The notes beneath the pieces were generated by a model, which had not been told where the DNA came from, made no database searches, and was given only the letters and a program-made list of their open reading frames with translations. Source: a virus (lineage: Duplodnaviria > Heunggongvirae > Uroviricota > Caudoviricetes). From it: 64,000 nt of DNA. The DNA is taken from the IMG/VR virus record IMGVR_UViG_2861079508_000001, one strand, 5' to 3'. Below, piece by piece: positions 61,816 to 64,000 of this stretch (position 1 is the first letter of the stretch; every line of letters starts with the position of its first letter). Both the position numbers and the translations under genes were made by a program.

Positions 61816-61857
61816 GTTCACAGATAAAACACTCTCCAGGAAACCCGGGGCGGTTCA

Positions 61858-62714
61858 CGAAGCATCACCCGCATACGTTCCATTTCGGCCGCAGCTTCAA
61901 CAATAGGCTTCTGCCACCCAAACATGATGTCAGTAACCGTTCTGGCTGCATCTCCGATCTCGCCAAGCAGGAAAATGTTGCCACGAAGGCCAGAGAACAT
62001 ACCTCCTTCGTTACTTTTACCGCTATGGCCAGAAGCGCCGCTACGCCGCCCGCTACCACCATCGCCACTTCCAGATGTACGAACGCGTACCGGCTTGCTA
62101 ATCAGTTGCTGACGTCCGATAACTTCGTCCATCTGCTCACGAACCTTTTTCAGTCCCTCGGCAGCCTGACTCGTTGTGACACCCCAATTACTGAGTCGCT
62201 TCGTCGTGGTATTAAGGCGCGTATTCATGCCACTCACGGACGCAGAGGCTTCTTTGACCTCCGTACCAAAGCGGCTTGCGCTTTTGCTTGCATAGGTCGC
62301 CCAATCAGAGAAATCATTTAGCTCTGATTGCACTTTACGTAATGACGCGGTGAGTTTATCTACTGAAGAAGTTGTCGTATCGACGCGCTCAATCAGGGCT
62401 TTAAGACCAGAATTGAGGCTGGTGATGTTGCCACGCATTTTACGCGTAGCATCTGAAGCAAGCTCAAAACCGGCAGCTACATCCTGTAGTTTATCTGCTG
62501 TAGAATCGAGCTTGCTTTCCAGAACGCCAATGATACGGGCGACCGAACCCAAAGAGCGTTCAAAGGTTTGGATTTTTTGAGCAGGCTTTGTTACCTGCTC
62601 ACCAAATCGAGTAAGCAGTTTCCCCGCACGATCGATTGACGCTGTAAACTGTTTGTCTTCCAGCGACAGGATAAACTCTACGTTTTGTGACATTCCCTTG
62701 TCATCCTCTGCCAA
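61858..62714 (-). pseudogene. tail tape-measure protein, N-terminal ~285 codons (track ORF continues into the IS to 61818)
   Basis: follows G/T chaperone genes; frame arithmetic shows continuity with 56809..60547 after removing IS plus one CGA. Confidence 0.8.
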
Positions 62715-62970
62715 ATATTTGCATCAGTTGCTCTTTGGCGTCAGGGTCTGCCTTATCCTGGCTTGGATCGTAGACTTTATCTGTTACGACTGGTCTTCCA
62801 ATCCTGAGTTGCAAACCCTCCATGAACGCCTTCACAGCCTCGCCATCCGCCTGGGACGCACGAGCGACTTGTAAGTTGCGGACATCCTCTTCCGCACGCA
62901 GACGGTCTATATTGCGACTGAGCATCCAGAACATCGTGAGAGGAACGTTCAGTAGCTCTAATGGCGACAC
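62701..62970 (-). CDS. tail assembly chaperone T-frame segment (GT-like, probably via -1 frameshift from G)
   Basis: in the -1 frame relative to G and overlapping the tape-measure start; lambda G/GT synteny. Confidence 0.45.
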   Translation of the reverse strand: MSPLELLNVPLTMFWMLSRNIDRLRAEEDVRNLQVARASQADGEAVKAFMEGLQLRIGRPVVTDKVYDPSQDKADPDAKEQLMQIFGRG

Positions 62971-63050
62971 GGCGTAGTGAGCAACTACACGACTGAAATA
63001 GAATCCGAGATCTATTGAGACGGTCCTTGTCCCGGATTCATCGCGGGAAA

Positions 63051-63368
63051 TTACTTTGCCCCTTCGCCAGCCGCTTTTTCGTTTTCTTCATCAATCACTT
63101 CCATAGCGAAGGTGAAGATCTGCTGGAGTTGCGGAACAGTCAGTTTTTCAAGAACTTCATCAGGCACTGAAGGGATAACCTTACGAACCAGATCTGCATA
63201 AGCTGTCACTTGCTCAACAGGAGACATGTTCATGAGATCTTTGCCTTCCATCTGCTTGATGGAAACGAACAAACCTACCGTCATTTCAACGATGGGATAT
63301 TCCTGACCGCCAAATTTGATGCTTTTCTTCGGAGGCAGAATGGAATCGAGATCGAGTAATTTGGTCAT
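63051..63368 (-). CDS. tail assembly chaperone (lambda G-like)
   Basis: 105 aa acidic protein between major tail gene and tape-measure gene. Confidence 0.6.
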   Translation of the reverse strand: MTKLLDLDSILPPKKSIKFGGQEYPIVEMTVGLFVSIKQMEGKDLMNMSPVEQVTAYADLVRKVIPSVPDEVLEKLTVPQLQQIFTFAMEVIDEENEKAAGEGAK

Positions 63369-63423
63369 TGGTTTAAATCCTTTTAAAAGAGAGGCTCATC
63401 CTGAGCCTCTGCTTAGTTACTGA

Positions 63424-64000
63424 TTAATCTGCGGAGTTAATCGTTACTGACTTAGTAGCCTTCTTAGAACCGCTATTGCTGGTGAAGGAGATGTTTGCAG
63501 TACCCTGCGCCACACCGCGCACAAGACCCGTTTGATCTACCGTGGCCTTTTCCTGGTCTTCGGATTCCCAAACACCGGTTTTGTCTGCGGCATCAGCTGG
63601 AGTGATTTCGGCTGTCAGTTGCACAGTTTCTCCAGCTTTTACGGTTGGAGATTCCGGTTTGATCGACACGGTTTTTACCGGTTTAGGGCCGCTCATTCTT
63701 CCCAGAACGCCTTCGTCATCAGGGTACGCACTGAACTGAACAGAGAACACACGAACATCATCAGACTGGTAAGTCATGGTGAAGTTACCTGCGGTCGCAG
63801 CTTTCGGGATGGTCAGAACGTAGTCGGTAGTGTCCTGCGGAGTCAGAACCAGCTCTTTGGCTACGTCGATCAGGTTGACACCCTGTGCGGAAGTGATGGT
63901 CACAGCGTTGTCGTCTTCGTTCAGAGTAGACCCCGGCATCAGATCGACCATATTTTTCAACACAGACTCGGCCAGCGGCGCAGTAATGGTAATGTTACGA
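63424..64000 (-). CDS. major tail protein (lambda V-like) with C-terminal Ig-like domain; 5' end beyond window
   Basis: frame stays open to base 64000; C-terminal VQLTAEITPADAADKTGVWESEDQEKATVDQTGLVRGVAQGTANISF is Ig-like. Confidence 0.7.
   Translation of the reverse strand, partial: RNITITAPLAESVLKNMVDLMPGSTLNEDDNAVTITSAQGVNLIDVAKELVLTPQDTTDYVLTIPKAATAGNFTMTYQSDDVRVFSVQFSAYPDDEGVLGRMSGPKPVKTVSIKPESPTVKAGETVQLTAEITPADAADKTGVWESEDQEKATVDQTGLVRGVAQGTANISFTSNSGSKKATKSVTINSAD

Larger units (their letters stand above)
60548..61857 (+). mobile_element. IS629 (IS3 family), complete 1310-bp copy with 3-bp target-site duplication CGA
   Basis: left end TGAACCGCCCCGGG at 60548, right end CCCGGGGCGGTTCA at 61857; CGA at 60545-60547 and 61858-60; OrfA/OrfB match IS629 as recalled. 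Confidence 0.9.

Overview
This window reads as a segment of an enterobacterial phage-plasmid of the SSU5/pHCM2 type, not a chromosomal region. It opens with a P1/P7-type repA followed by 12 iterons, and carries a ParA/ParG-like partition pair, a T4-like replication and recombination set (RecA/UvsX-like, 5'-3' exonuclease, gp32-like SSB, DNA ligase, primase, DnaB-like helicase, dnaE), a CobS/CobT-like ATPase-VWA pair, four tandem tRNAs, a lysis cassette, and a lambda-like tail module in V-G-T-H-M-L-K-I-J order plus a long tail fiber. Almost all backbone genes are on the minus strand. Accessory content stands out against that backbone: a type I restriction-modification operon with an embedded nuclease-like gene and an IS3-family remnant at its edge; an IS629 copy splitting the tape-measure gene; an HNH endonuclease gene splitting dnaE; and several plus-strand orphan genes, including an AT-rich gene with a HEPN-like Rx4H motif that is my best candidate for an undescribed defence or anti-defence function. 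Two short palindromic motifs recur upstream of many operons, and a family of long hairpins clusters around the tRNAs. All protein-family calls come from motifs I recognised by eye and from recalled reference sequences; no database search or folding was run, and many ORF starts in the supplied track appear to be non-ATG or over-extended.
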